Assembly: GCA_963666285.1 (NCBI GenBank)
Contig: OY762711.1
Source of the DNA: Sedimentisphaerales bacterium
GTDB lineage: Bacteria > Planctomycetota > Phycisphaerae > Sedimentisphaerales > SM23-30
Length of the DNA stretch: 64,000 nt
Direction: 5' to 3' (one strand)
The notes beneath the pieces were generated by a model that was not told where the DNA came from, made no database searches, and saw nothing but the letters and a program-made list of their open reading frames with translations. This document shows positions 21,782 through 31,511 of the stretch, one piece after another (within the stretch, counting starts at the first letter, position 1; each line of letters begins with the position of its first letter). A program made the position numbers and the translations under genes.

Positions 21782-22518
21782 TTACCAACCTCTTTTAATC
21801 GATCATTAGCCATTTGAATATATTCTGAATTCAGGTCAAAACCGATAAAGTTTCTACCGTGTTTCTTCGCAGCAACTGCGGTTGTGCCGCTTCCCATAAA
21901 TGGATCAAGCACTAAGTCGCCTTTATTAGAACTAACACACACAAGCCGTTCTATGAAGTTTAATGGCTTTTCAGTTGGATGTTTGGTATATCTTATACCA
22001 TTGGCATAGTGGAATACATTGATGCAATCCTGTTGAGATAAGAAGTTAAAAGTAACATCCTTATACTTTGAGCCTTTCTTCGAGGAGGACGGCTTTGTCA
22101 TATACATACATAATTCAAAGCTACTCCGCCAGTTACGTTTTGACATACTAGGCAATGGATTCTTTTTAACCATAGCCATAACACGCCTAAGTTGAAAACC
22201 TCTGGCAACGGCCTTTTTAATGAAATAACCATTATCCTCCTGCGCGGTAAACATATAGAATGAACCGCCAGGTTTCAAAACCCTATAACATTCAATTATT
22301 ACCTGACAGATTACATTAACAAAGTCAAAGGGATGGAACGTGTCCCACTTGCCCCATGCATCGGATGTACTTTTCAACTCTCCCTGCTGTATCGTCAAAG
22401 CATTATCAGATGCAATATTATACGGTGGATCTGTTACAATCAGGTCAACGCTGTTTGATTCTAGCTTCTTTAGCCCTTCAAGAGCATCAATTAGGTGGAT
22501 TTTATTTATTTTTAACAT
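21778..22518 (-). CDS. Site-specific DNA methyltransferase (N4-C/N6-A, beta class)
   Basis: TDPPY near the N-terminus; HPTEKP; VLDPFMGSGTT near the C-terminus. Confidence 0.92.
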   Translation of the reverse strand: MLKINKIHLIDALEGLKKLESNSVDLIVTDPPYNIASDNALTIQQGELKSTSDAWGKWDTFHPFDFVNVICQVIIECYRVLKPGGSFYMFTAQEDNGYFIKKAVARGFQLRRVMAMVKKNPLPSMSKRNWRSSFELCMYMTKPSSSKKGSKYKDVTFNFLSQQDCINVFHYANGIRYTKHPTEKPLNFIERLVCVSSNKGDLVLDPFMGSGTTAVAAKKHGRNFIGFDLNSEYIQMANDRLKEVGK

Positions 22519-23209
22519 TTTGAAGATTAGATACTGCTTTTCGCAATAGGTGCTGAAATTGTCTGCCTGTGGCAGTTAGGTCATACATGGGGTATGCACC
22601 ATTAGAATCAACTTTGGAAATTATTCCGTTTTCAACCAGACCTGGAATAACATTGTGGACATTATTCGTACCCATCTTGATATCAGGGTTACAGAATTTA
22701 GCATAGCGTTTGATGTCAGCAGGATATCGCGGCTGGTCTAATGCTAAAATAATAGCCTTTCGATAAGTATAACACACATAGCCATACAACTTCCAATCAA
22801 TATCAGATGATTGGCAGTATTGCTCAAATTGAGGATATAATAGTTTACGCCAGTATCTTCCAATATCAGTAAGGCCATATAGTCTGCTTCTATGTGCTTC
22901 TGGATTCACACAACAGATTATATTCTCCTGACATAAATCAGCTATAACATCACTACAATCTCTACGTGCAATATTTACCGTTGCATATAACTGACTTGCA
23001 GTCATGGGCTGATGGAGTTGTTTTAACAACTTTTGCCGCCTGTGACTTCTCAAAAGCCATTGTCCGGTTCGGTCAAAGTTCATTAGAACTATGTCGTCAC
23101 TACCTAATAACAACTTTCGCCCCTTTAAGGGGGTAAATAAAAAAGAAAAAGTTTTGTCAGCAGAAATACAGCTAACAGAGATACTCCTATATCGGTGTAA
23201 GTTACTCAT
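22502..23209 (-). CDS. Tandem winged-helix DNA-binding protein
   Basis: Two wHTH-like units ending in LYGLTDIG and YDLTATG wing motifs; start uncertain. Confidence 0.65.
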   Translation of the reverse strand: MSNLHRYRSISVSCISADKTFSFLFTPLKGRKLLLGSDDIVLMNFDRTGQWLLRSHRRQKLLKQLHQPMTASQLYATVNIARRDCSDVIADLCQENIICCVNPEAHRSRLYGLTDIGRYWRKLLYPQFEQYCQSSDIDWKLYGYVCYTYRKAIILALDQPRYPADIKRYAKFCNPDIKMGTNNVHNVIPGLVENGIISKVDSNGAYPMYDLTATGRQFQHLLRKAVSNLQNVKNK

Positions 23210-23351
23210 ACCGAGAACGCCTTAAACTGGCTATATAGACGTTATTCGGCATTTATATCCCTTTTTGGCATTAGTTATCCTAAGAGGTTTTACAACCTTA
23301 ACAGGGTTGGTTTTTATAAATAGATTTTAGGTATAAAAGTATTGATTACAA

Positions 23352-23531
23352 ATGAAACAATGTCAACAATGTGAACTAATCCTACGACTAGGACAAAATG
23401 TTATTAAACTGGAAATAGGTGCAATAGGCCCTCACGGATTCCTGCCTCTCAGCAAAGAAATGCTATTTTGCAGTAAACAGTGCATAAGTTGCTTTATCCA
23501 AACCAGCACTAAGGTAGCAAATATACACTAA
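23352..23531 (+). CDS. Small TRASH/MYM-like Zn-binding protein (59 aa), paralogue 1; not in the ORF track
   Basis: MKQCQQCELILRLGQNVIKLEIGAIGPHGF...LFCSKQC; clear paralogue of 24109-24291. Confidence 0.7.
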   Translation: MKQCQQCELILRLGQNVIKLEIGAIGPHGFLPLSKEMLFCSKQCISCFIQTSTKVANIH

Positions 23532-23559
23532 TTTCACTCTCAAATAATTTTAAGATAAA

Positions 23560-24012
23560 ATGAATAACAAAACAGTCAATGAAATATCTAAACGAGTAGA
23601 TGGCGTTTATGCTGAAATGCATGTTATCCAGAATATGCTCATGACTATCCGAGATCAGGATAGCAAGCCTTCAATAGATAATCATCTTGTAATGAAAGTA
23701 ATTAACATTCACCATCCATTACGTATTCAAAGCATATTCAGTAAAATGAGATGCCTGGCTGTGAAAATACGAATTACCAATAATGGCTTTACTGATGGCT
23801 ATAAACTAAGCATGGATTACATTCTACTCCAGAGTAAGGATGAGCATTATTGCAGTTTTCCAAAAGAAAAAGACATTCCTGATACTAGAATTAAATTTCT
23901 TGGGTCAGAAACAATGGTTCTTACTTTCATAGTCCCTAAAGAAATTTCTGAATTTAATATTTTGATTCGTGACCTGCATGGATTAAGAGCAATAGAATCA
24001 ATTTCTCAATAG
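23560..24012 (+). CDS. Hypothetical protein, possible DUF4352-like Ig fold
   Basis: VKIRITNNG...MVLTFIVPK pattern. Confidence 0.4.
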   Translation: MNNKTVNEISKRVDGVYAEMHVIQNMLMTIRDQDSKPSIDNHLVMKVINIHHPLRIQSIFSKMRCLAVKIRITNNGFTDGYKLSMDYILLQSKDEHYCSFPKEKDIPDTRIKFLGSETMVLTFIVPKEISEFNILIRDLHGLRAIESISQ

Positions 24013-24108
24013 AATATTTATGTGTATTTCTTGAACTATCATATTATACTTAGTTTACTGCCTAAATCGATGATTCTTTTATAAAAACTATTACTCTTCA
24101 GAAGTAAC

Positions 24109-24291
24109 ATGAATATAAAGCAATGCCAGAAATGTAAACAATCTTTAAGGTTGGGTGAAAATGTAGTTTGTTTAGAAGTAGGTGTGATTGGGCCTCGTGG
24201 CTTTCTAAGGCTTGATGATGAAATCTTATTTTGCAGCAAGCAATGTTTGTTAACATACTTAAAAGAGTTTTACTATAAATTTATAGAATAA
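24109..24291 (+). CDS. Small TRASH/MYM-like Zn-binding protein, paralogue 2
   Basis: CQKC...LRLGENV..LEVGVIGPRGF...LFCSKQC. Confidence 0.7.
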   Translation: MNIKQCQKCKQSLRLGENVVCLEVGVIGPRGFLRLDDEILFCSKQCLLTYLKEFYYKFIE

Positions 24292-24447
24292 TATATGAAA
24301 TGAAAACAACAGAATTTATTAGGTTTATAGAAGATAACATAAAAACAGGTCTTACCACAGAAGCTATCATGAAAAATGCCTATGCGATATTATCAAATGA
24401 TAACAAATACCATACTATACAAAAATTAAAAACAGAGAATAGAAATA

Positions 24448-24535
24448 CAAAAGGTTCCGGTAAAAACTGAACCTTTTGGGTAAGTCCCCCCTCCCAGATA
24501 TGAACCATAAGGTACATATTTTACCGGAACTTTTT
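24448..24535. repeat. Inverted pair of palindromic sites upstream of integrase
   Basis: AAAAGGTTCCGGTAAAA (24449-24465) vs TTTTACCGGAACTTTTT (24519-24535), 16/17 match; the left site is itself CAAAAGGTTC-N11-GAACCTTTTG. Confidence 0.7.
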
Positions 24536-24561
24536 TATAGCAGTACAATTTATACAATAAT

Positions 24562-25800
24562 ATGGAAGCCAAAGTCGATCATAAAAGAAAATACCTAAAC
24601 GCCAAAGAACGATTGTTTTCAGATGAAAATATATGCGCTGAAAATAGAAATTTATTCAAACGCTTTTTTACATACCAAGAAAGAAAACTTAAAAGAATCA
24701 ACAGATTACAGAATCTTGATCCTTCAACTTACAAAACACTTTATCAATATGTTAACAGATTCAAAAACACAAATAAATGGTTTAACAATAAACCGTGGAA
24801 ATCACTGACAAAAAAAGATATTGAGAAAGTATATAATGATTTAGAAGATGGCATTATCGTCAAAAGTAATGGCGAGATGTATAAAGACAGAGATGGCTAT
24901 TATGATAAAGTTTTCAAAAGTAAACCATTTGACATGGCTGGTGTTGGCAAATACGCCAGAGAAGTAATTGAGTACTGTACGAATATCGCTCCACATGTTA
25001 GATTTGCTAGTGACGAAGAGTTTCAAAAGATTGTTAATATAACATCAAATCCTTTACAAAAATTATTATTGTGGCTCTCGTTTGATATTGGAGAAAATGT
25101 TGATTCATTGCTACAACTTAAAAAAAATGACTTCTATCGAGAAATTAATCAATTTACTAAAGATCCGGAATATAGAGTAAATCTTAGAAATGAGATTCTG
25201 AAACGTAGCAGAAAAGCTAGGGCAGAAATAACAATCTATAGCGAAACAGTTAAATTACTGGATTTGATTTTAGAAGATCTAAAACCTAACGACTACATTT
25301 TTAATTTTGGATATAGAAGTGCAAAGAAATTTTTAGATAGATTAGTAAAAAAAGTTAATGCAAAATGCTTACCAAACGGTGAACTAATCACTTGGAAAGA
25401 CTTCAGAAGTGGTATGGCTTGTTCATTACTAAGAAAGGGATGGGTAACGGATGAAGTAAATGCTAGGTTAGGCCACAGACCTTCATCTAAAGAAATCGAC
25501 AAATATGTTGATTTTTTAGCATTAGATCGTCATAGACCGAAACAAAAAGTGCAGCAATATGAAATGTCTCAATTAAATGATGAACTGCAAAAATATAAAG
25601 AGGATGCAAAATTACAGGCAAAACGTCGTGAAGAAGAAAAGAATAAAGCTAATGAGCAGATGATTCAAATGGTAGAATTGTTAACAGAAAGTCTTATTAC
25701 TAATAGTCCAAAAATGGATCAAGATACTCTGAAAAGAAATGAGCCTATTTTCAATAAGTTGATCGATCTTAAGAGACATCTGATGCATAATAATACATAA
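24562..25800 (+). CDS. Atypical tyrosine recombinase/integrase with C-terminal coiled coil
   Basis: TWKDFRSG...RLGH.PSS..IDKY; the first catalytic Arg position reads IGENV. Confidence 0.75.
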   Translation: MEAKVDHKRKYLNAKERLFSDENICAENRNLFKRFFTYQERKLKRINRLQNLDPSTYKTLYQYVNRFKNTNKWFNNKPWKSLTKKDIEKVYNDLEDGIIVKSNGEMYKDRDGYYDKVFKSKPFDMAGVGKYAREVIEYCTNIAPHVRFASDEEFQKIVNITSNPLQKLLLWLSFDIGENVDSLLQLKKNDFYREINQFTKDPEYRVNLRNEILKRSRKARAEITIYSETVKLLDLILEDLKPNDYIFNFGYRSAKKFLDRLVKKVNAKCLPNGELITWKDFRSGMACSLLRKGWVTDEVNARLGHRPSSKEIDKYVDFLALDRHRPKQKVQQYEMSQLNDELQKYKEDAKLQAKRREEEKNKANEQMIQMVELLTESLITNSPKMDQDTLKRNEPIFNKLIDLKRHLMHNNT

Positions 25801-25857
25801 GCTACCCCCATAATCGGTTAAATATTCATAAACCGTCTTTTTCTTTTTTTTATAACC

Positions 25858-26640
25858 ATGTCTGACCCAATCCAAGAATATGCACTAAATGCAATTTACG
25901 AAAAGCATTACAGCACAATTGAATCAATAATTGATACAGAAGATAAAGAGATAATAGATAATGCTCTTAACGATGCATACGAATCTGGCTTAACCCGTGG
26001 GATTGCAGAACATCCAAGATATACACGTATAGATATCGAAGGCAGAGATGGATGTTATGCGATATACAGAAAAAAGCCTGAAAGCAACACGATTACAACA
26101 GAAGTCCTTACTCCTGGCGTTAATCTAACGATGAAAACACCTGTGGATGATACCGCATTACAAATGGAATCCGCTGATCTTATTTATGAACTTATTCAAG
26201 GTGGAGAGCCAGCAATAGATGAACTTGATTGTTATTTACGACCATTCGAACATTTGGCCTGTAATAAAAATACGGTCAGAACAAACAAGGAAACTAAAAA
26301 GGAGCAGCCTTCGCTTGAAAAAATAGCAATCGAGCATTCAGGGGTAATGAACGATAAATTACCTGAAGGATATTCTCCAATAGAATACTTAGAAGATATG
26401 GGAGAGTTGGAGTATGAAATAAGCGAACTGGTACAGGAAGGAAAAGAATATCTTGCCAAAAATAAATATGATATGGCTTCACTTATATTTAAGGACGTAT
26501 CTAACCTGCAGAGCATACATGACAGCTTGACTGAAGCAGAAATAAAAGAAGTAATTGATGTTGTAGAAATTATGGATACTGCTGCAAGGGATCATATACC
26601 AAACAGGCTTTATAGTAATATCTATAAGATGAAATATTAA
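25858..26640 (+). CDS. Hypothetical protein, tandem paralogue A
   Basis: 260 aa; aligns end to end with the next gene. Confidence 0.75.
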   Translation: MSDPIQEYALNAIYEKHYSTIESIIDTEDKEIIDNALNDAYESGLTRGIAEHPRYTRIDIEGRDGCYAIYRKKPESNTITTEVLTPGVNLTMKTPVDDTALQMESADLIYELIQGGEPAIDELDCYLRPFEHLACNKNTVRTNKETKKEQPSLEKIAIEHSGVMNDKLPEGYSPIEYLEDMGELEYEISELVQEGKEYLAKNKYDMASLIFKDVSNLQSIHDSLTEAEIKEVIDVVEIMDTAARDHIPNRLYSNIYKMKY

Positions 26641-26697
26641 CCCCCTAAATCAGTTAAATATTCATAAACAGTTTTCATATTTTTCGTTTTGATACCC

Positions 26698-27462
26698 ATG
26701 ACTGACCCATTTCAAAAAACCGCAATAAATGCAATATATCAGAAATATTACAATAAGCCAGGCACTTTAATAGATACAGAAGATTCAGAACTGATAAGCA
26801 ATTCACTCAACGATGCCTATCAATCAGGATTAAATCGCGGACTCTTAGAACACCCAACATACAGGCAAATTGACATAGAAGGTTTGCTCGGACATTATGC
26901 CACCTATAAAAGAGAGCCAGATAGTAATATAATAACAACTGAAGTCCTAACCCCTGGAATAGAACTGGTAATTAAAACTTCTGTAGATGACTACGAAGAA
27001 CAACGATATGCTACAGAACAAATTTATAGGTTACTGGAATGTGAAACACCAACAGACAAGGATATTGATAAATATATGCGACCTTTTGAACATCTCTCCT
27101 CCAAGACAAGCAAACAAAAGAATGAACCTAAACCATCCTTAGAAAATATTACAGCGGAGTATAATTGTGGTATTTCTAGTAAGCTACCTGATGGTTATCA
27201 TTTAGTTGACTACATGGAAGATATTGGCGAATTAAAATTTGAGATTGATGAACTAATACATAAAGGAAAACTATCTGTAGAAAAAGCGAATTATCGTATG
27301 GCTGTATCCGAGTTTAAAGATGTTACTGACTTAAAGAGTATTCGGGCTTACTTATTACAAGGTAAATTTTCTAATGCAATATCTGGAATTGACAAACTTG
27401 ATACCAAAGCGAGGGAACACATACCCAATAGATTGTATGGGAAAATATACAAGATGGAATAA
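26698..27462 (+). CDS. Hypothetical protein, tandem paralogue B (start set to ATG 26698 by alignment)
   Basis: MTDP vs MSDP start; shared IDIEG, TTEVLTPG, RPFEHL, LPxGY, ARxHIPNRLY. Confidence 0.75.
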   Translation: MTDPFQKTAINAIYQKYYNKPGTLIDTEDSELISNSLNDAYQSGLNRGLLEHPTYRQIDIEGLLGHYATYKREPDSNIITTEVLTPGIELVIKTSVDDYEEQRYATEQIYRLLECETPTDKDIDKYMRPFEHLSSKTSKQKNEPKPSLENITAEYNCGISSKLPDGYHLVDYMEDIGELKFEIDELIHKGKLSVEKANYRMAVSEFKDVTDLKSIRAYLLQGKFSNAISGIDKLDTKAREHIPNRLYGKIYKME

Positions 27463-27531
27463 CAAACTTGCCTTACAAGTAAATCATCGTTAATATATTC
27501 AGATAACATTATGTAAATATGGAGAAATAAC

Positions 27532-27930
27532 ATGGAACTTAACATTATTGACTATTCATCACTCTGGTTCTGTGATATCAATAAAGAACCGCTTCCAGCT
27601 AAAAGGAATGGCAAATTCATCTTACTCATAAATGAAACTTCAAGGTGGGCAGTATTTTCTCCGAAGGCTCTATCCCCGTACCATGCTAATATTGCTGAAA
27701 GATTTTGTAGCCAACAAAATATCCCTGGGACATATAATGCAGCAAAATCTAAATATTATATCAGCGATCCTACCTGGAATATAAATGGTGGCGGCAGATG
27801 GGATATTGATGATGAGCAGAACTTGCTAACCATATATGGCTCTTCAGATGCTTATGGTAGCCTTGATCTTCACGGCTTATCTCGCATGATCGAAGAAACT
27901 GGTAAATATGAGAATGTGTGGGTGCGTTGA
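27532..27930 (+). CDS. Janus/Ocnus (PHPT1)-like phosphohistidine phosphatase fold protein
   Basis: GKFILL...YHANI...GGGRW...IYGSSDAYG parallels PHPT1 FKYVLI...YHADI...GGGRI...VYGYSMAYG; GGAG SD present. Confidence 0.6.
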   Translation: MELNIIDYSSLWFCDINKEPLPAKRNGKFILLINETSRWAVFSPKALSPYHANIAERFCSQQNIPGTYNAAKSKYYISDPTWNINGGGRWDIDDEQNLLTIYGSSDAYGSLDLHGLSRMIEETGKYENVWVR

Positions 27931-28098
27931 GAAAAAGATATAACCTCTCATATTCCACTGTTAATTTTATCCGCCAATGAGTCCCAATGTACACCAAATT
28001 CATTTACTAGCATTTGTACATCAATAGAACTTTTCATATTGAAAAGCTGACCTGCAATGTAGTGGAGTTCGTAAAGACAAATACCATAAATATGCGTT

Positions 28099-28314
28099 TT
28101 ACTTCATAAGCGAAAAAATACGCTCCTCTCTTTTTGTTGTTATTCCTTTATGCTCTTTTACAATTCCAAGTGACTTCATTAACTCCAACGCTTTAATCGC
28201 AGTACGCCATTGTGTTTGCGTTTTTATGGAAATTTGCCTTACCGACAACTCTTTTTCTGATTCTAAGAGTGATTTTATCAAACCAACGATATCTGGCAAT
28301 GTTCTTCTTATCAT
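28099..28314 (-). CDS. Small winged-helix transcription regulator (archaeal style)
   Basis: 71 aa; LSVRQIS...WRTAIKALELMKSLGIV. Confidence 0.7.
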   Translation of the reverse strand: MIRRTLPDIVGLIKSLLESEKELSVRQISIKTQTQWRTAIKALELMKSLGIVKEHKGITTKREERIFSLMK

Positions 28315-28452
28315 ATCAGTATAACTATGCAGATACCTTTTTATACTACCTCTGCACAGTTATACATATATTGAATAAATTTTTCACTTTTGACTATGTT
28401 TCCGTAGTTAAAGGGAACTAAATATATAAAATGAAAGATAATACAGGTTAAT

Positions 28453-28587
28453 ATGATTGACAAAACAATAAAGGAAATACAGAAAATCATTAACATCTAT
28501 GAGAAAAAAGAAATTTCCGAAAAAGAAGCAATAGAAAGAATCCAGGCAAAGATTGATCTAGTCACTTTTGGATATATGAACAACTAA
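28453..28587 (+). CDS. Small hypothetical protein (~44 aa)
   Basis: MIDKTIKEIQKIINIYEKKEISEKEAIERIQAKIDL...; TATA-like ATATATAAA about 22 nt upstream. Confidence 0.4.
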   Translation: MIDKTIKEIQKIINIYEKKEISEKEAIERIQAKIDLVTFGYMNN

Positions 28588-28595
28588 TTTCATAC

Positions 28596-29885
28596 TTATT
28601 TTGGAATGCATACGACTTTGGAAAAACAAAATTCTTGAAACCCAATGTTTCCGTATTCTTTCGAATTCCCTGAATATTTAAGTCCACCAAATGGAATACT
28701 AGGATTCCAATGATTCGTATTGTTGATCTCAATTGTGCCAGCATTTAGTTTAGATGCAATATTAAGCGCAGTATTCTTATCATTTGTAAATATATTTGCC
28801 CCTAAATCAAATTTGACTGAATTTGCAAGCCTAACCGCCTCATCATCACTTTTGAATGTAATGATTGGTAAAATTGGACCAAACACTTCTTCGTTCCATA
28901 CTTTCATTTGTTCATTAACATTAGATAAAAGCGTAGGTTGAAAAAATAATGGATTACTGTAATCTGTATTGTTCTTATGTTCAATTGCTCCATTATTTAT
29001 TGCATCTTTATACTGCTCACAAATCTTTTTGAAAAAAATATCGTTAATCAACGGCCCAAGTTCTGAAAAGTTATCATTTGGGTCACCAATCTTCTTTTTA
29101 CCAATACAGAATAACATTTTTTCAACAAATTCGTCAATTTTATCTTCATGAATAATTACTCGTTTTATTGCATCACAATACTGACCGTTATTAAAGAATC
29201 TCTCAAAATATATTTTGTCAATAATGCCATCAATGTCTGCATCATTAAAAATAATTGCAGGATTCGATCCACCTAGTTCAAGGTTTGGAATAATGTTTTT
29301 TGGAAGTAAATCCTGTGAAATTACCTTACCAGTCTCTCTACTGCCTGTAAACCAAACACCGTCAATATCTTGGCTAATCATTTTTTCTCCAAGAGTTTTA
29401 TCTCCTTGAAATAATTTCAAATAATCAGCTAAATCAGTTTGAGATAATAATTCATTCATTATTTTTGAAAAATTTTTGCTATACTCTGAGAATTTAACTA
29501 CAACCGTGTTACCAACAAGTAAATTTGGGATTACTCCTGATATAAATATTCCAAATGGAAAGTTCCAAGGAAGAATGACAGCATATAGACCCTTTGCTTG
29601 ATATTAGATTTTTGATATTTGCTTTTTATTTTCAAATAATATTTTATCAGCAATTGACTTTTCTACGTTATTTAAGTACCAATCAAATACTTCTAAATTG
29701 AAATCAATTTCAGCCATAGATTGACCAATAGGTTTATTTGTATCAACCGTTATCGAGTTTGCAATAATATTTTTGTTGCTACAAATCAATTCAAATAGTT
29801 CCTTTATAATATCTATTCTATATTCCAAACCGTTTTCAGACCATGCGATTTGAGTATCCTTTAAATGTTTAATAGTTTGTTCCAT
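28596..29885 (-). pseudogene. Aldehyde dehydrogenase interrupted by one in-frame TAA (29604-29606)
   Basis: The 93-aa and 287-aa ORFs share a frame; the intervening sequence encodes ILPWNFP...GNTVVVKFSE; FTGS, LELGG, GQYC and EEVFGP are present. Confidence 0.88.
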
Positions 29886-29887
29886 TG

Positions 29888-30559
29888 TTATAACATAAAT
29901 TTAGTTCTTTCGTATGACTTGTATAGTACAGCAATCCCTTTTTTGTCTTTGAGATAAATAGGGTATTTTTCAAAATCGAATCCATTAATATTCGCTTTAA
30001 CACAATCACTAAATATCAATGAATAATTATCTGAATCTTGATGTTTTAAAGCCATATAGCTTGAAATTAATTCTGAATGGAAATTTGCTGATATATCAGA
30101 TACTAATCGATTGCTAAATGAAGTATATTTAGGACTAAATATATAATCTTTATTATTGACCTTAATAATTAGATAATTGTGGGGAACGTATCCTAATTGG
30201 GCATATTTCTCGCCAGCAGGAGTTTGCTCAATTATATTTTTTTTATATTTTTCTTCAATTATCCCATAACCCCTAAGCATTTCAATGTTTTTACATCCTT
30301 TAGATATAAGAGCGATTGCTGTTGCGACTGAATATTGATCGCAACCTGAATAGAACCGCTCGTCAAACACTTCTTCATACAACCTTTTTACAAGATCTTT
30401 TTTGTGTATTGCAATCAGAATACTAACAATAGTTTCATCAACAAAATCTGGGTTGTAAGTAATTTCCGAAAATTCTTCCAACCATTTGTTATAGGCTTCA
30501 TTGTCTTTGATATTTTCATTCATATAGAATTTTGATTCATGTTCATTCATGTTTTCCAT
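29888..30559 (-). CDS. Hypothetical protein, possible transglutaminase-like Cys-His motif
   Basis: 223 aa; SGCDQYS...PHNYL; coupled to the ALDH. Confidence 0.55.
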   Translation of the reverse strand: MENMNEHESKFYMNENIKDNEAYNKWLEEFSEITYNPDFVDETIVSILIAIHKKDLVKRLYEEVFDERFYSGCDQYSVATAIALISKGCKNIEMLRGYGIIEEKYKKNIIEQTPAGEKYAQLGYVPHNYLIIKVNNKDYIFSPKYTSFSNRLVSDISANFHSELISSYMALKHQDSDNYSLIFSDCVKANINGFDFEKYPIYLKDKKGIAVLYKSYERTKFML

Positions 30560-30953
30560 TTTTCTTCTCGTAGTCCTCTATTAACCAGACACTCGTTTTA
30601 TTCTCACTAATCATATTATCAATAATATTATTAATATTATGATTAGATAAATCATCAAAGGATGATTTGGTATAATCTATGCCACATAGCAATTGGTCTA
30701 TTGACAATATAAACTTTTGCATACCTGTAGATTTAAGCCCTCCATTATCAATAATAATCACATTTATATTTATTCCTTTTGAGACCGCTTCTTTAAGTGC
30801 TAAGATCGCAGAATGCCGTAATCCTCCATCGCCTAAAATTGCAAAAACATTATTTTGACCAGATAACCTTGAACCAAATGCACTAGCTATTGAACCGCCA
30901 AGACACAGAATTGAATAATAACATATGTAATTCCTCTCTTCCTCAAAGAAGGA
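30543..30953 (-). pseudogene. 5'-truncated TPP-binding domain (IorA-like C-terminus)
   Basis: Open frame with no start codon ahead of the TPP motif: LCLGGSIASAFG...AILGDGGLRHSA...VIIIDNGG..STG.Q (GDG...N TPP motif). Confidence 0.75.
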
Positions 30954-30986
30954 TTAGATGTGCGTTTAAGTCTTCGGGAGATTCAT

Positions 30987-31511
30987 TCAAGAATTATTCA
31001 TTAGATACTTTTGACAGTATTTATGACAACCTTCAATTTCTAGATTTACCTTGCAAAAATGAGCTACATCTTTACACGCAGAGAAATATCCAAGATTAAT
31101 GATGTCAGATTTTATTTCATTATCATAGGCATCGAAAACATCTTTGGTCAAGGTATTTGTAAAAAAGAACACATCAGTATCATTTAATGTAGTATTTAAT
31201 GATAAGTTTAATGATGGATAATAGTCATCGCAGTATTTTTTACAATTTGGTGTAAACGGATATTTTTTGCAATGATTAATAATCTCTGAACATGTTGAAA
31301 AATATTCATTTGTTATTTTATTTACTTGTTCAGCTAAAGGTAAATCATCAAAATTCGATTGAATATAGAATTCTGTTCCCGCTGAATCACTGGTAATTAC
31401 ACTTTCAGTTGAGAAAATCCTTATCCTAAATAAAACAATTATCAACAATAAGGTAAAAATACATATCCCTATACTCAATGCAGGATGTAGCTCTGTATTT
31501 CCCGTTGCCAT
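30987..31511 (-). CDS. Membrane-anchored Cys-rich hypothetical protein
   Basis: N-terminal TM helix; repeated C..HC...C.KYC motif; TTTATAAA 22 nt upstream. Confidence 0.65.
   Translation of the reverse strand: MATGNTELHPALSIGICIFTLLLIIVLFRIRIFSTESVITSDSAGTEFYIQSNFDDLPLAEQVNKITNEYFSTCSEIINHCKKYPFTPNCKKYCDDYYPSLNLSLNTTLNDTDVFFFTNTLTKDVFDAYDNEIKSDIINLGYFSACKDVAHFCKVNLEIEGCHKYCQKYLMNNS

Noticed and set aside
29604..29606. Stop-codon reassignment or read-through in ALDH
   Set aside because: TAA terminates many neighbouring genes in the same block; a point mutation or read error is simpler
30955..30970. Shared junction motif ATGTGCGTTT / ATATGCGTTT / ATGTGCAAAA at ~28090, ~30958 and ~32608
   Set aside because: Too short and AT-rich, and a similar word occurs in the host gene at ~30 bp; cannot be told from chance
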